NCBI GenBank assembly: GCA_964016885.1
Contig: OZ024740.1
Span: 414,904,001 to 414,968,000, forward strand
Source of the DNA: Eledone cirrhosa
Taxonomy: Eukaryota
Length of the DNA: 64,000 nt
Direction: 5' to 3'
Shown here: positions 51,722 to 64,000 of the stretch, piece by piece
Position numbering within the stretch: the stretch's first letter is position 1
Layout: each line of letters opens with the position of its first letter
Program-made: the position numbers and the translations under genes
The notes under the pieces: generated by a model
What the model saw: only the letters and a program-made list of their open reading frames with translations
Told to the model about the DNA's origin: nothing
Databases searched by the model: none

Positions 51722-54520
51722 TGTTTTAAATTATAACTTTCACTGAAAAGGAACAAATATAAATACACTTTTGTTGTTCAGCAGAAGACAAGTATCTTTA
51801 TCCTTCCATCCATGAAGTGAACTTATAGCAAAACACTATTTATGTTAAACTCAACTGAAAATGGCCATTAGTTACACTTACTCTTAGGTGCCAAATAATA
51901 GGAGGGGGTGTCACCATTGATTTTTTTTAAAAACCAGTTTAAATATTGAGACCCGAACCCATCCTATTTATTTTTATAATGTATGAGATTTCTAGTAAGG
52001 TAATTTTTTTTGTCATGTATAATGTTTTTTAATGTATAAAGAAAATTAATTGTCACAGAAATGCTATCACTTAAAATAAAATTTCGCTGGAGATAGATTA
52101 ACAAAATTTAATGAGGAGGGTGTGGGGGGCATTATTCCAGATCCGAGAGTACATTAAATATATCTTAGATTTCCTAATATAAACCATTTTGTGCATAAAT
52201 ATTTATTATTTGATTATATTGTCAAATGAATGCACATTATGTAAATTAGACTAGTCATTTCAGTTAAGTTCTGATTTGTGTTTAGCATAAATAGCAGTTT
52301 GTTATAAGCTCTCGATGTAGGCAGAGGAGTAAGAGTAGGCATTTTCTGATGAACACCGAACTAGCTGTAAAAGCAGTCTCTTATGTTTTTCTGTATGCAA
52401 ATAGAATGACAAAAGTATTAAAAGTGTAACTCAACAGTGACCTCATCCATTTTGACTGCAAAGCTTATTGTAGTCGAAACAGCTGTATTCACCATCAGGC
52501 TACTCTTCTGCATCTTAAAATAAATTGAGTACTCCATTGATTAGTGGTCTTCCTGGTTTTTTAACTGGTATTATCCAATACATACATATATATGTATGTG
52601 TGTGTCTGTACAAAGATTAGTGGTTTTCCTGAGTTTTAAAATGATTTAGTCAAAAGTGGAAGGGCAGTGCTTAAGGCTTTTTTCTAGAATCTTTGGGACA
52701 GACAGAAGACAGAAAGGAAAATCTTGATGTTTTCAAACCAGAGACTTGGTCCAAATGCTTCTAAGACAAAAAAATGGTGGTGATGTTAAACCAGATGATG
52801 AATTAAGTATCCCACTCAAAATGCAGTATGGTGTAGAAATATGCAGTATGATGTAGGTGAGAGGTGTATTACAATTGTGTCACTTTCTCACTCAGGTGTG
52901 TAAGCTATTACTAAGCATATTAGCTGAAGTTGGTGATTGTATTTCTCCAGAAATAACAACTCAGTCAGATATATAATTATCCAAGTCAAATTAAAAATTA
53001 GAAAGCAATAAGTTAATAGAAGGGAGAACATAAAAGAAGTTTGAATGTAATAGATTTGATGAAAAGAAACATTTAGAACATACAAAAGAAATCAAGAGTT
53101 GTGTCACCTATGGTTCTGAGATATTGAACTGGAAATTTTCTCTGTGAAAAGAACAAAGTAAAAAAGAAATTATCAAGTGGTATTGATACATGCTGGTGTT
53201 TAGTAACTATTCCAATAAGCCATTAAATCATCTTCTCATTAGCGTTACATTCAGATATTGATTGGACATCTTGCCTTTGAATTGTGACCTTTAATATGTT
53301 TCTGGAAAACATCAAGAAACATTTCAGCTTATTCTCTCAAAAGGTTTTTGTTTTCTTCTCTCATTTGTTTCATATCTCAGCAAAAAATTATATTGAAAAC
53401 TTACATTAGTTCTGTAGTTTTTTTAATGTTATTGATGTTGTTTATATTCTTGTTGTGGGCTTCCAGTCAGTTCTGATTGATAAGAACTAAAGCAGTGGGT
53501 AGATAGTCTGCGAAATGACTAGATATGGTCATCAGAACCAGTGTTCCAAATGTATCATCTTTCCAGCAGCAGTTTATCATATGAAATCTAATACGACATT
53601 CCTGCTGTGCTGCTTTGTATGTCTGGGATTTTTATTGTTTGTGAGAGAGAAATAGTCCTTAAGATGGTGTAGTAGTTACCTTAGATAAGCTCTGATCAAA
53701 TAGACCTATGGCACACAGGAAGTTGGCCAAATGACTTAGTGTAACGTTAGATCTACTGTTCTAAATATACAATACCTCTATCTCTTTAAGAACCAACCTT
53801 ACTACATATTATGACTTGCAAGGGTAAATTAAATACAGTGTGGTGTATCATTATAATACATTCTTTGCAGTATCCAATGTATTGTTGTATAGCTGTAGGT
53901 GCTGTTGATGGCTACAGAACTGAAAGGCAAAGTGAACTGGGTCAGAACATAACTGTTGTTGTTTGTCTACACATCAAGGAGGTGGGTGTAGCTCCTGAGA
54001 AACTGAGGAACAACAAAGCTCTGGGTGATGGTCTGCTGAGATCTTCAAAAAATGTTCCAGCATTATGACTTCATAATTGCATCAAAGGGATTAAATTTGT
54101 TTGGGACATGGAGTCTATTCCACATGAGTGGAGCTGTGTGGTTCTTTTCACTTTCTTCAAGAAATGTTTTAGGCATTCTTACAATAATTACTGAGGTGTC
54201 CAAGATATATATACACTATCATTCTACTACTAAGACTTCAACACCAATGTGATCAATGTACACAACCAGAGGATGTGCTACACAGCTCAAATTTTCATTG
54301 TCAGAAAGGTTCTTGAACAGCAAATCACCACTTGCTTTGTGAACTTCACCATAGCCTTTGATGGAAGACAAAATTTGGAGGAAGAAGAAGGTTGATTTAA
54401 TCAACTCCAGTACTTGACTCGTACATTATTTTATTGACCCTGGAAGTATGAAGTACAAAGTTGAATCCAGTGGGATTTGAAAGCAAAATTAAAATCACAT
54501 AAAAAATTAACATCTTTACT

Positions 54521-54743
54521 TTAACCCTTTAGCATTTAAACCGGCCATATCCGTCCAGAATTCTCTCACCTCTTTCTGTTCAAACTGGCCATAACTGGCC
54601 ACTCATACTAATGTATTGTTCTCAAAATTAATAATATCAAAATTCCATAGACTCAATATTATGTAAGATAATTATGTGAGGTAAATCCTTTACCACAAAA
54701 ATACAATAGTATATATAGAGTAATGTAAATGCTAATGGGTTAA
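54521..54743. mobile_element. piggyBac-type MITE, family A
   Basis: TTAA flanks, TIR and family body. Confidence 0.9.
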
Positions 54744-54868
54744 TACTACAAATGTTTACAGCAATCTGTCCATCAGTAAAGATACTATAAACATTTGAAG
54801 TAACAAACCCATTTTTAGATAATTTCTTCTAACTCATTAAAATGTGTTAATTTATGGTTTAAATTTAG

Positions 54869-55051
54869 GAGGAAGAAGATGAAGAGATGAAGGACTCCAA
54901 ATCTACAACTAACTGGAAGTGGACTGTTGAACATGTTCTGTTCCCTGCTTTTCGGGATTATCTACTGCCACCAAAACATTTTGCTGAAAATGCCAGTGTT
55001 TTAGAGATTGCAAATTTAAATGATCTGTATAAAGTCTTCGAAAGATGCTAA
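54869..55051 (+). CDS. MLH1: MLH1 last coding exon
   Basis: ..[46 protein letters not shown]; conserved C-terminal FERC. Confidence 0.97.
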   Translation, partial: EEEDEEMKDSKSTTNWKWTVEHVLFPAFRDYLLPPKHFAENASVLEIANLNDLYKVFERC

Positions 55052-55170
55052 CATTTTTTTTCTACTTATATCACCCATTATAATTCTTTTTTAGTTGTTG
55101 TTTATGCTGTTTTTCATCAATAGAAATACTCAAAGTGGAGAATAGAGCATCTTTCATTCAAATAGAACAA

Positions 55171-55176
55171 AATAAA
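55171..55176 (+). terminator. Candidate MLH1 polyadenylation signal (alternatives at 55251 and 55741)
   Basis: AATAAA 120 nt after the stop; AT-rich context makes this weak evidence. Confidence 0.35.
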
Positions 55177-55836
55177 GAAACTATTTCTGATCACTAGGCA
55201 TAGAAGAGATGTTATTTAACTCCTGGTTAGCTTTGATAAAACAGAGCTATAATAAAAGACATTCCAACTGTGAGCAACCCATATTTTCTATTTCAGATAT
55301 AGAGTATATCCACAATTAGAACTTTTGGTGAAGCAGATAGATACAATTTGAGGGTGATTTGTCTGCTATTTCTTATAGATTGTGTGACTGCATTTAAGCA
55401 CCTTCATTGTAATGGTTGATGTTGTGATGAATGTTGTTTAATCACAGAATTGTGCTGATCAAGAAGATCTATGATGAAAAGCACTTCAACCTTGACCATC
55501 CTGACATTCTCAGTTATGTCTATTTAGGACTACATTATACAATATATCCTTCCCCACTTTTTTAAAGTAACCTGTGATTTCATATACTCCTGATTCAGTT
55601 TCATGAATACTCCAAATGTATAGCAGGATAATATAGGGTCCCACTAACTAGTCCACTTGTATAATTACCATGGCACAACCCACAGTAGAATCCATACATC
55701 TGTTTTATAATTTTCACCATCTTTTTCACAAATATATGACAATAAAACTCTATAAAAAGATCTGATGTTGTTTGTTTTCATTCTTCTTCCTCCTCTTGTT
55801 GTTCTTTATACATTTTTATGAGTGTGTATATGTTTA

Positions 55837-55867
<31 letters not shown>

Positions 55868-56210
55868 CCAATAGTCGACTGATGAGAAAGAACTGTCCTG
55901 TGTTTCATTCATTTTTCCATTGCCTTTGCTTAACTTCTTTTATTCATTTTGTATGATCTTAGCCACATGGGACATTTTTTCAAATTTATATATAAACCCA
56001 TGCTAGCGTTAAACGATGATGATGATATATATGGAATTAGGCTCTCCCTCTTTCGCCGAAAATAAGTAAGTGACATAGTCACTACTTTAAAACTGATAGC
56101 GTGTGGTCTTGTAAATGTTTTTAATTAAACATACGGTATATTGCCAAATATACTATACATACATTCATATATATATATAATACATATATATATATATATA
56201 TACATATATA

Positions 56211-56730
56211 TATCATCATTTCATCATTTTACGTTCATTTTTCCACACTCGCATGAGTTGAATGGGTCCTTTTCAGTACATCTCTCTACTCATTGCGTTC
56301 CTTCGTCATCTCCTCTGAATCTCAGCAATTTGAGATCAGCTCTCACCACCTCCACCCAGGTCTTCCTTGGCCTACTCCTACTGTGGCTTCCTACCACTGC
56401 GATTTCCTACATCTATTTTTCGCCAGCTAGCTGGTGTATGTATATAAGTTGTGGTGTGCAGGAGAGAAGGCTGAGATGGTATGGACATGTGATGCACATG
56501 GAGGATGACCGATGGGTGAAGAAGTGCCAGGAAGACCCAGTGGAGGGAAGACGCAGTAGAGGTAGACCATGAAAAACATGGGCGGAGGGGGTGTGAGCAG
56601 ACCTCAGATCGCTGAAACTCACCAAGGAGATGATGAAGGACTGTGACAAGTGGAGAGATGTTGTGCTGAATAGGACCCGTCCAACCCTTGCAAGCAGGGA
56701 AAAGCAGATGTAAAATGATGATGATGATGA
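56211..56730. mobile_element. Two head-to-head RTE 3' ends (56211-56405 minus, 56447-56730 plus)
   Basis: QERRLRWYGHVMHMEDDRWVKKCQ..GRRSRGRP and outward-pointing (GAT)n tails. Confidence 0.88.
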
Positions 56731-56879
56731 TATATATATGCATGCTTGTGTGTGTCAATATAAAAGTATATTATTTATTCTGCAGCTCATTCTGTCACTT
56801 AATTACTCTTTGTGATTGGACAGTTTCCTACTTCCACATTTTCCATTCTAAAAAGGATCTGAACTTAGGGCTGGGAAAA

Positions 56880-57691
56880 ATAAACTGTGTAGTTGGTGGT
56901 GTTCAATTACTAATCCTCTTCAAAGTGGGCTCTTTGTGCCTCTACACACTTAGCCCAGAGATCCTTCCACTGTTTGCAGTATGTCTGCAATGCTTCTTTT
57001 CGGAATGACTCTCAGCTCTGCCATCAAAATCTGCATGATGTCCTCTTGACTCTCAAAGTGAGGAGAGCCTTTCAGTTGTATCTTTATCTTTGGAAACAAC
57101 TAAGTCAGAAGGAGCCATGTCTGGGTAGTAGGGAGCATGGTGAATGAGTAAAATATCTTTCTTTGCCAAGAAATCTTGGATTAGCTATGACAAATGAGCT
57201 GAGTCATCATCATGATACATCTGCCAGTTTTGTGAGGCCCACATATCCAGTCTTTTGTGTCAAACTGCATCATGAAGACATCAGAGTACTTCTTGATAGT
57301 ACTCTTTTGTGACTGTTTGTCTTTCCGATGTGTTTTCATGATGCAACATCTTTGCTCAATAACTAACTTGCTTTTTTGAGCCTTGGCAATGTTGGATGCT
57401 TCCACTGTGATCAATGAGCTTTGGTTTGCAAGTCGCACTTGACACCCATGTCTCATTTCCAGTTATCAAAGTATCTAGGATTCTTGTTGGCAGATCAAAG
57501 TGTGATGAGTAAGTAGTACAGCATCTGCCATGCTGGTAGCCTGACAATGATTAATACATCCAGTGAGTTTGCCAAAATCCATGCATGCACATGAATGCAT
57601 GTGATGTCCCTTCTACACACTTTTGTCTACCTAACATCATTAATTCTCATGGGAAAAAATAAAATTGGACACTTTTTTGACAGGCTTCATA
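56880..57691 (-). mobile_element. mariner transposon relic
   Basis: Minus strand LITGNETWV and HAPYYPDMAPSD (cf. ITGDETW and YSPDLAP); TIR-like end near 57665-57691. Confidence 0.8.
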
Positions 57692-58633
57692 TTTGTGGAT
57701 TCATTTACCTTACCCCATTGTTGGCTAAATTTTAACTACACTCCTTTGATTGTATGATATGCTACTGTCTTCGCCTATCCTTCTGTCAGAGATGTAACCA
57801 ATCAAGAAAATATGTTGCTGTATTACATACTGGTTGAAGAGTCAATGATGTATTTCCTCCCATCAACAATATGCTATGTTTTTTATAAAAACTCTGTGGT
57901 GATTGTTGTTTAGCCTCAGATCAGCCCAGATTAAGAAGACCTCTAATCAAATATGTCCTACCTATTACCAGCCAATCTTTTATTCAGTCATGTATGTTAC
58001 ACAATGCGCTCCTTGATATCAACATATTTAAAATAGTAGTGTATTATTTAACCTCTTTGATACCAACCTACCAAAAACAGCCTCTACTTGTATGGCACAA
58101 AGCCATCCATTTTACATGGTTCTGATTTAAATTAAAATCTTCCAACATAATTTTATATATCAATTCCTTCACTTATTCCTGAGAAGGTTGTGCGGGCAGA
58201 GTCCACAAACACTCCTTCCAGTTAGTCCTGTCAGAAGTAACCGTCTCCAACTGATCTGGCTTTATCCCCAAGTGAGATTAGCCAAGCTTCTTTCTCAGGT
58301 TTGACCTTGGGTCTCTTGCCAGTTAGTTTTGCCCGTAAAATCTGTTCAGCAATTCTTACCTGAAACATTCTAACCACATGCTCATAGTATCAAAGCTGTG
58401 ATCTCTTAATATATGAATTTAATAATTGAGATAATTTTAGTAAATCCTTCCTATTCATCAGTAATATATTCAAATACAGAGTATTTTATTAGAAATATGA
58501 TAATGAAAGGGTTAAACGGAATTTAGTTATTGCCAGCTTGTCAAGTTCAAATTTCCAACTACTTTGCCATAAACATACTATTGGGTGTTCATTCTTCTCT
58601 AAGTAAAAAAATGTCTCTTTAATTGTTATTACC

Positions 58634-58822
58634 GGTAGATTGGCAGTATCGGTAGAGTGTTGGACGCCATGCTTTGCAGTAAAGAGTTACAGCCCTTTAT
58701 GATCTGAGTTCAAATCCCGCCGAGGTTAACTTTGCCTTTCATCCTTATGGGGTCGATAAACTAAAGTACCAGTAATACACTGGGATAATTCCTGGCCTTG
58801 TGCCAAAAGTAGAAACAATTAT
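58634..58822 (+). mobile_element. tRNA-derived SINE (Nin/Deu-like core)
   Basis: Near-identical to the 47145 copy; TTATTACC on both flanks. Confidence 0.9.
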
Positions 58823-59839
58823 TACCATATAACAATCTGAGATAGGAGTTGCAGGGTGTCTATGGAAAAATTCATTTAAATATAAGGGTTCCTTGGGAGA
58901 GAAAAGGAAACCATTGACATAGAGGCTCCCTTGCTGACTTGTTGATCATATGGTTAAGAGGTTATATACCTTACTGTGGGGCATAACACAATGGATGCAA
59001 TCAAATTTGACATTATGACTGAGTTCAGTAGTGCATCCCCTCAAGCTGATAGCCAATATGGTGTTCAGATTATATCATTCTAGTACAGTCAACATATGTA
59101 TTTAGCCTTATTTCAATATATCCAATACTGTTCTTGGATCACACTTATTCACCCTCCCTTACTCTCAAATTTACTCCCTATTATTCATACACACACTCCC
59201 TACCTCTCTCTCCACACTTTTTCATTCTCTCATTAATTTTACTGTCTCTGCCTTCCTCTTATAATCACTTACACATCCTGCTCCCTCTCACTCTTTCACT
59301 CTCTCTCTATTCCTTTAACACTCATATTCATTCGTCCTCTCTCTTTGTCACTCTTATTTTCACCCTCTCCTCCACCACACACACACACACACAGAATGTG
59401 AGTCTACCAAAACCACATTACTCAACATCATAAAAAAGTTATCAGTTTTGGCAGTGGTTAGCAGTATTGACCACTCTCTTCTGACATCCATTACTGGTCA
59501 TGATGCCAATAACAATTTATAATAAACATGTTAATAAATAATCTAGACTGTATTGTGACAAGCAACAAGATTTCAATTAGTCTTCAAACAATTTAATATC
59601 ATCTATTATACACTGGAATCTAGCCATGCAAGATTTCACTCTTTCTACAAACATTTCAACATTTTTTTTCTTTCGTCAGATATATGGAAATGCAATAGCG
59701 AAATGGATAAAAGTCTTGAACCATCAAATTGGTAAATGGGTAAAAATGTTAAAGCCCCCATATGAATTGCTTTGCAGTATTTATTCTGGCCTCTTGTGCT
59801 CTGAGTTCAAATCCTGCTAACACTAACTTTTGTTTTCAT

Positions 59840-60026
59840 TGGATTGGCAGTATCGGTAGAGGGTCGGACACCATGCTTTGCAGCAAAGAGTTATGGCCCT
59901 TTATGATTTGAGTTTAAATACTGCCGAGGTTAACTTTGCCTTTCATCCTTACGGGGTCGATAAAATAAAGTACCAGTAATACACTGGAATAATTGCTGGC
60001 CTTGTGCCAAAAGTAGAAATAATTAT
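59840..60026 (+). mobile_element. tRNA-derived SINE (Nin/Deu-like core)
   Basis: Near-identical to the 47145 and 58634 copies; adjoins older SINE remnants. Confidence 0.9.
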
Positions 60027-60369
60027 TTTCACATCACTAAATAATGTACCAGTCTAGGGAAGTAGACAGGCAAAATCAATAGAATGTTATATGAAATGGC
60101 TTGTCATATTTATTCTGGTTCTTTGCATTCTGAGTTCAAATTCTGCTGAAATAGACTTTGACTTTCACCACTCCAGAGCCAATAAATAAAGGGCTAGTCT
60201 AAGGTAGTATTTGTTCTGACACTTTATAGTTGCACTTCAAACCCCACCATGGCATATTTAGGTAGTAATCTTTATCCATTCCTTAGTTTAAAACCATGTT
60301 CTTTAGCTCTGGATCAACCATGATCTGACAAACCTATTATCAAAGTTTTGTATATATATATATATGTAT

Positions 60370-61099
60370 GTATGAGAGGAACGAAGCTTGCATGCTCCGC
60401 TGGATGTGTAATAGTAATATACGCGAACGGCAAAGCATAAACGAACTAAGGGAAAAATTAGAAATAAGAGGGATCAGATGTTGTTTACTCGAGAGAAGGC
60501 TACGTTGGTATGGTCACGTGATGCGCATGAAAGACGACAGCTGTATAAAAAAGTGCAGGGCAATAAAGATAGACGGTAGCCACGGAATAGGCAGACCCAG
60601 AAAAACCTGGGACGAACTGATAAATTCCGACCTCATACACTTACACCTCTCCAAGACAATGTCACTGGACCGAGATCATTGGCGGTACTCAGTAATAGAG
60701 AAGACCCGCCTTACCTGAATACAAAGTAAACCTACTACAGTCAGTAGGCATCTCTAACAAAATACACCCCCGTCCCACCACCCCCACCCCATCCACACCG
60801 CCCCTTTCAATGTAAAGTTATGTTGGTACCACAACATCCAGTCCGAAACAAATGAGGTCGTGTAGGTGTCACAACAAAAAAAACACACAGTCCACGCTGT
60901 AATGTGGCTGTGTAGGTAACACGGTAAAAACCTCCCAGTCCACACTATAAACGTGGTTGGTGTTAGGAAGGGCATCCAGCGTAGAAAACCTGCCAGATAG
61001 TCCTGAGCAAGACAACCAATCTTGCCTCAAGTGGGAAAAGTCCCGTCCAAACCCATGCAAGCGTGGAATATGGACGTTAAACGATGATGACGATGATGA
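60370..61099 (+). mobile_element. RTE LINE 3' end, long-UTR subfamily
   Basis: ERNEACMLRWMCNSNIRERQ..RRLRWYGHVMRMKDD..KTRLT* plus UTR and tail. Confidence 0.95.
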
Positions 61100-62570
61100 T
61101 ATTGAGAAATAACCCTAACATTGCTAACTATATCACATTTTAATTTACGTGCATTTTATCCTTGATATTAGGACCCATCAGAATTATTTGCTTTCGTATT
61201 TGAAATCATATTACTTTATACAATATACATGTATATATAACCCATGCTAGCGTGGAAGAACGGACGTAAAACGGTGATGATGATGATATATATATATATG
61301 TGTGTGTGTGTATATATATAATCAGAGTTTAGATTAATATACAGTGATTTTGATTTCTTTGCTTACAACTTGCTCAACAATCATTTTGGAAAGCAGATTT
61401 AAGTTTAAAATTTTAACTTAAATCTGCTTTCCAAACCAGTCAAATCCGATCGATCCTTTAAGATCTTATAAAGATACTCCCTTGAAAATGGGTTTTTAAA
61501 CCTGAAAATATTTGGGATTATGAAATTTGCTAAGGTAAGAAACTATTGTTATCTTGGCAATTTTGATTTTCTAGTGCATTGTATGGTTTTCAAAATTATT
61601 TAAATATGTGTTTCCTATTCAACAATGCTTCAAGCAAACTACAACACTTGGACATAAAAAGATGATGATGATGATGATATAAATCAGAATGGATGCAGTA
61701 AAAACTAGTTATACCATTACTCATCAGAGTATTCAATACTTGGGGTAGTAGAGTGGATAATATGAAGGATTCAGGAACCCAAATCCTTCATATATATGTG
61801 TGTGTGTCTGTGTGTGTGGGGGTAAACTTGAAGAAAAGAAAAAGATAATTAACTGCAGAATGGCACTGATATTCACCAAATATAAAAGAAGAAAAGAAAT
61901 AAAAAATATATAACTATTTTCATGTTCACATTAAAATAGATATAAAAAAAAGCATCATGAAGCAAACAAGAATTTATTGTGACAAATTAGAAAAGGGGAG
62001 ACTAACAGAATATTCAAACAAAAGTGAAAAAACATGGACCATGTTAATGCAGTATGATGTTTAAAAAGTGTTCACAAATAAAACAGACACATTGATAGAG
62101 AGAATAAATAAAAACAGAAAAGAATGCATCACAAGAAATCAGTGAGAGAAAGTTGAGTAGAGAACGCTGTCAGATAAAAAGAGTAAAATGGAAAAATTAG
62201 AAAAAATATATAACATGATTTTAAGCTCCACACTGACGTTACAACTAGCATTGCATTTTAATTAACAATTAACAATATATAATCAAGTTTAACTCTTGAA
62301 GAGTAAGTTAACCTATTTGACCTTATAATCAACAATTCACCAAACCATTAAAGGAAATAAATAATTTAAGTTTATAAACACATAAATCAATAGCTACATA
62401 AATTAATAAATGAATTAGTAAATAAAAAAAAATATTATATATAGATAACTAAAGGAAAAATATAAGTAAATATAGCGTGGAAAATGGACGTTAAATGATG
62501 ATGATGATGATGCTGATGATGCTGATGATGATATAAAGCATGTATGAATTCTTAACAAATAGCTAATATA

Positions 62571-64000
62571 TCATCATCATCATCATCACCGTTTTACGTC
62601 CGTTCTTCCACGCTAGCATGGGTTAGACGGGTTGTCCTGTTGTGGGCAGTGTCTGGTCGGTTTACCATGCCTTGCTCATACAGGAACTGATTTGGCTTGA
62701 TTTCTACATCTGGATGCCCTTCCTAACACCAACCTCATTTACAGTGAGTGCTGGGTGCTTTTTCGTGGCGCCTACACGTCCACTTTACAGTGTGGGCTGG
62801 GTGCTTTTTTGCCGTGGCACCTCCACGACCACCTTGCAGTGGGAGGGTGTGGGGGCATATTGTCTATATGCTTCAGCTTGTACCCATGGGAGGTCGGGTA
62901 CTCTGTATTACTGCGTGACGCCAGAGGTCACGGTCATGTGTCATCTCCTTTGAGAGATGTAATTGGGTAAGGTCGGCTTTTATCACCTCATCCCAGGTCA
63001 TCTTGGGTCTCCCCACTCCACGGTTTCCATCGACTTCTAGTGCTCTGCACCTTTTTATGCAGCTGTCATCCTTCATACGCATCACATGTCCATACCAACG
63101 CAACCGCCTCTCCTGCACACAGCATTTGATTCCTCTTATACTCAATCTCTCTCTCAATTCATTTATGCTTTGTCGTTCGCGTATATTACTATTACACATC
63201 CATCGGAGCATGCAGGCTTTGTTTCTCTCTAATCTACGTAAGTCTTCCACCTTCAGCGCCCATGTCTCACTACCATGTAACATTGCTGTTCGGATACATG
63301 CATCATTCAGTCTGCCTTTCATTTTGAGGGAGAAGCCTTTTGCAGCTAGCAGTGGCAGTAGTTCCCTGAACTTCTTCCATCCTGCTCTTACCCTAGTTAT
63401 TGTACTTTCTGAACACCCACCCCCGCTGCTAATTCGGTCACCAAGGTAGCAGAAGCTGTCTACTGTTTCTACAGAGCCCTCCCACAGATTGGTGGTACTT
63501 GTTTCCTGTGGCTGTTTGCTGCTTGCTGTCTCAGCACAGCTGCTGCATGTGAAGCCTACATTCTTAATTAAGCTTCCTGAGATCCCGCTACATCTCTTGT
63601 GTACCCATTGTTTGCATTTGGGGCAGAGAATGGAGTTCCTACCTACCCCTTTCCTACATACTGAGCAAGGCCATTTCCCTGAGGGGATCTGGGTTCCGTT
63701 TTCTCGTCTACTTACAAGGACCTTAGTCTTTGTCATGTTGACTTTGAGACCCTTTCTTTCTAGTCCCTGCTTCCAAGTTTGGAATTTCTTCTCTAGTTCT
63801 ACCATAGATTCAGCTATAAGTACGAGGTCATCAGCATACAGGAGTTCCCATGGGCATCCGGTCTTAAACTCCTCCGTTATTGCCTGCAGGACTATGATGA
63901 ACAGGAGAGGGCTAAGAACAGAGCCCTGGTGGACGCCAACCTGTATGCTAAATTCCTTGCTATACTCATTGCTAATCCTAACTTTGCTGACTGCTCCCCT
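62571..64000 (-). mobile_element. Young RTE LINE, RT ORF open from the window edge to the stop at 62873, with long 3' UTR
   Basis: Uninterrupted frame GVHQGSVLSPLLF..YADD..C4HC3 insert..YLG..LHGSETW..WYGHV; (GAT)n tail. Confidence 0.97.

Noticed and set aside
53900-54370. ORF fragments with faint LINE RT-like words (KLRNNKALG)
   Set aside because: Too decayed to classify, and not a host gene.

Overview
AT-rich, repeat-dense eukaryotic genomic DNA, most likely from an octopod cephalopod (inferred from the SINE/RTE families, not proven). The only host gene I can support is the mismatch-repair gene MLH1. Ten exons encoding its C-terminal part (equivalent to human exons 10-19, ending ...LYKVFERC*) lie on the + strand at 26961-55051. 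The first coding exon lies on the opposite strand at 13705-13831, across a 200-N scaffold gap (25938-26137). I did not find exons 2-9 in the window, and a mis-oriented contig is the simplest explanation. Bases 1-8550 are a compound minisatellite whose long ORFs are spurious. The rest consists of RTE LINE fragments (one with an open RT frame containing a C4HC3 PHD-like finger), a HERO-like LINE 3' end, tRNA-derived SINEs, TTAA-flanked piggyBac-type MITEs, pogo/mariner relics, microsatellites and several long hairpins. The most notable items are a non-circularly permuted hammerhead-ribozyme-like motif with an intact catalytic core in an MLH1 intron (39973-40042), further degenerate hammerhead-like motifs, a 21x49-bp array expanded from an RTE 3' UTR, and long inverted repeats in MLH1 introns. 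All calls were made by eye, without database searches.
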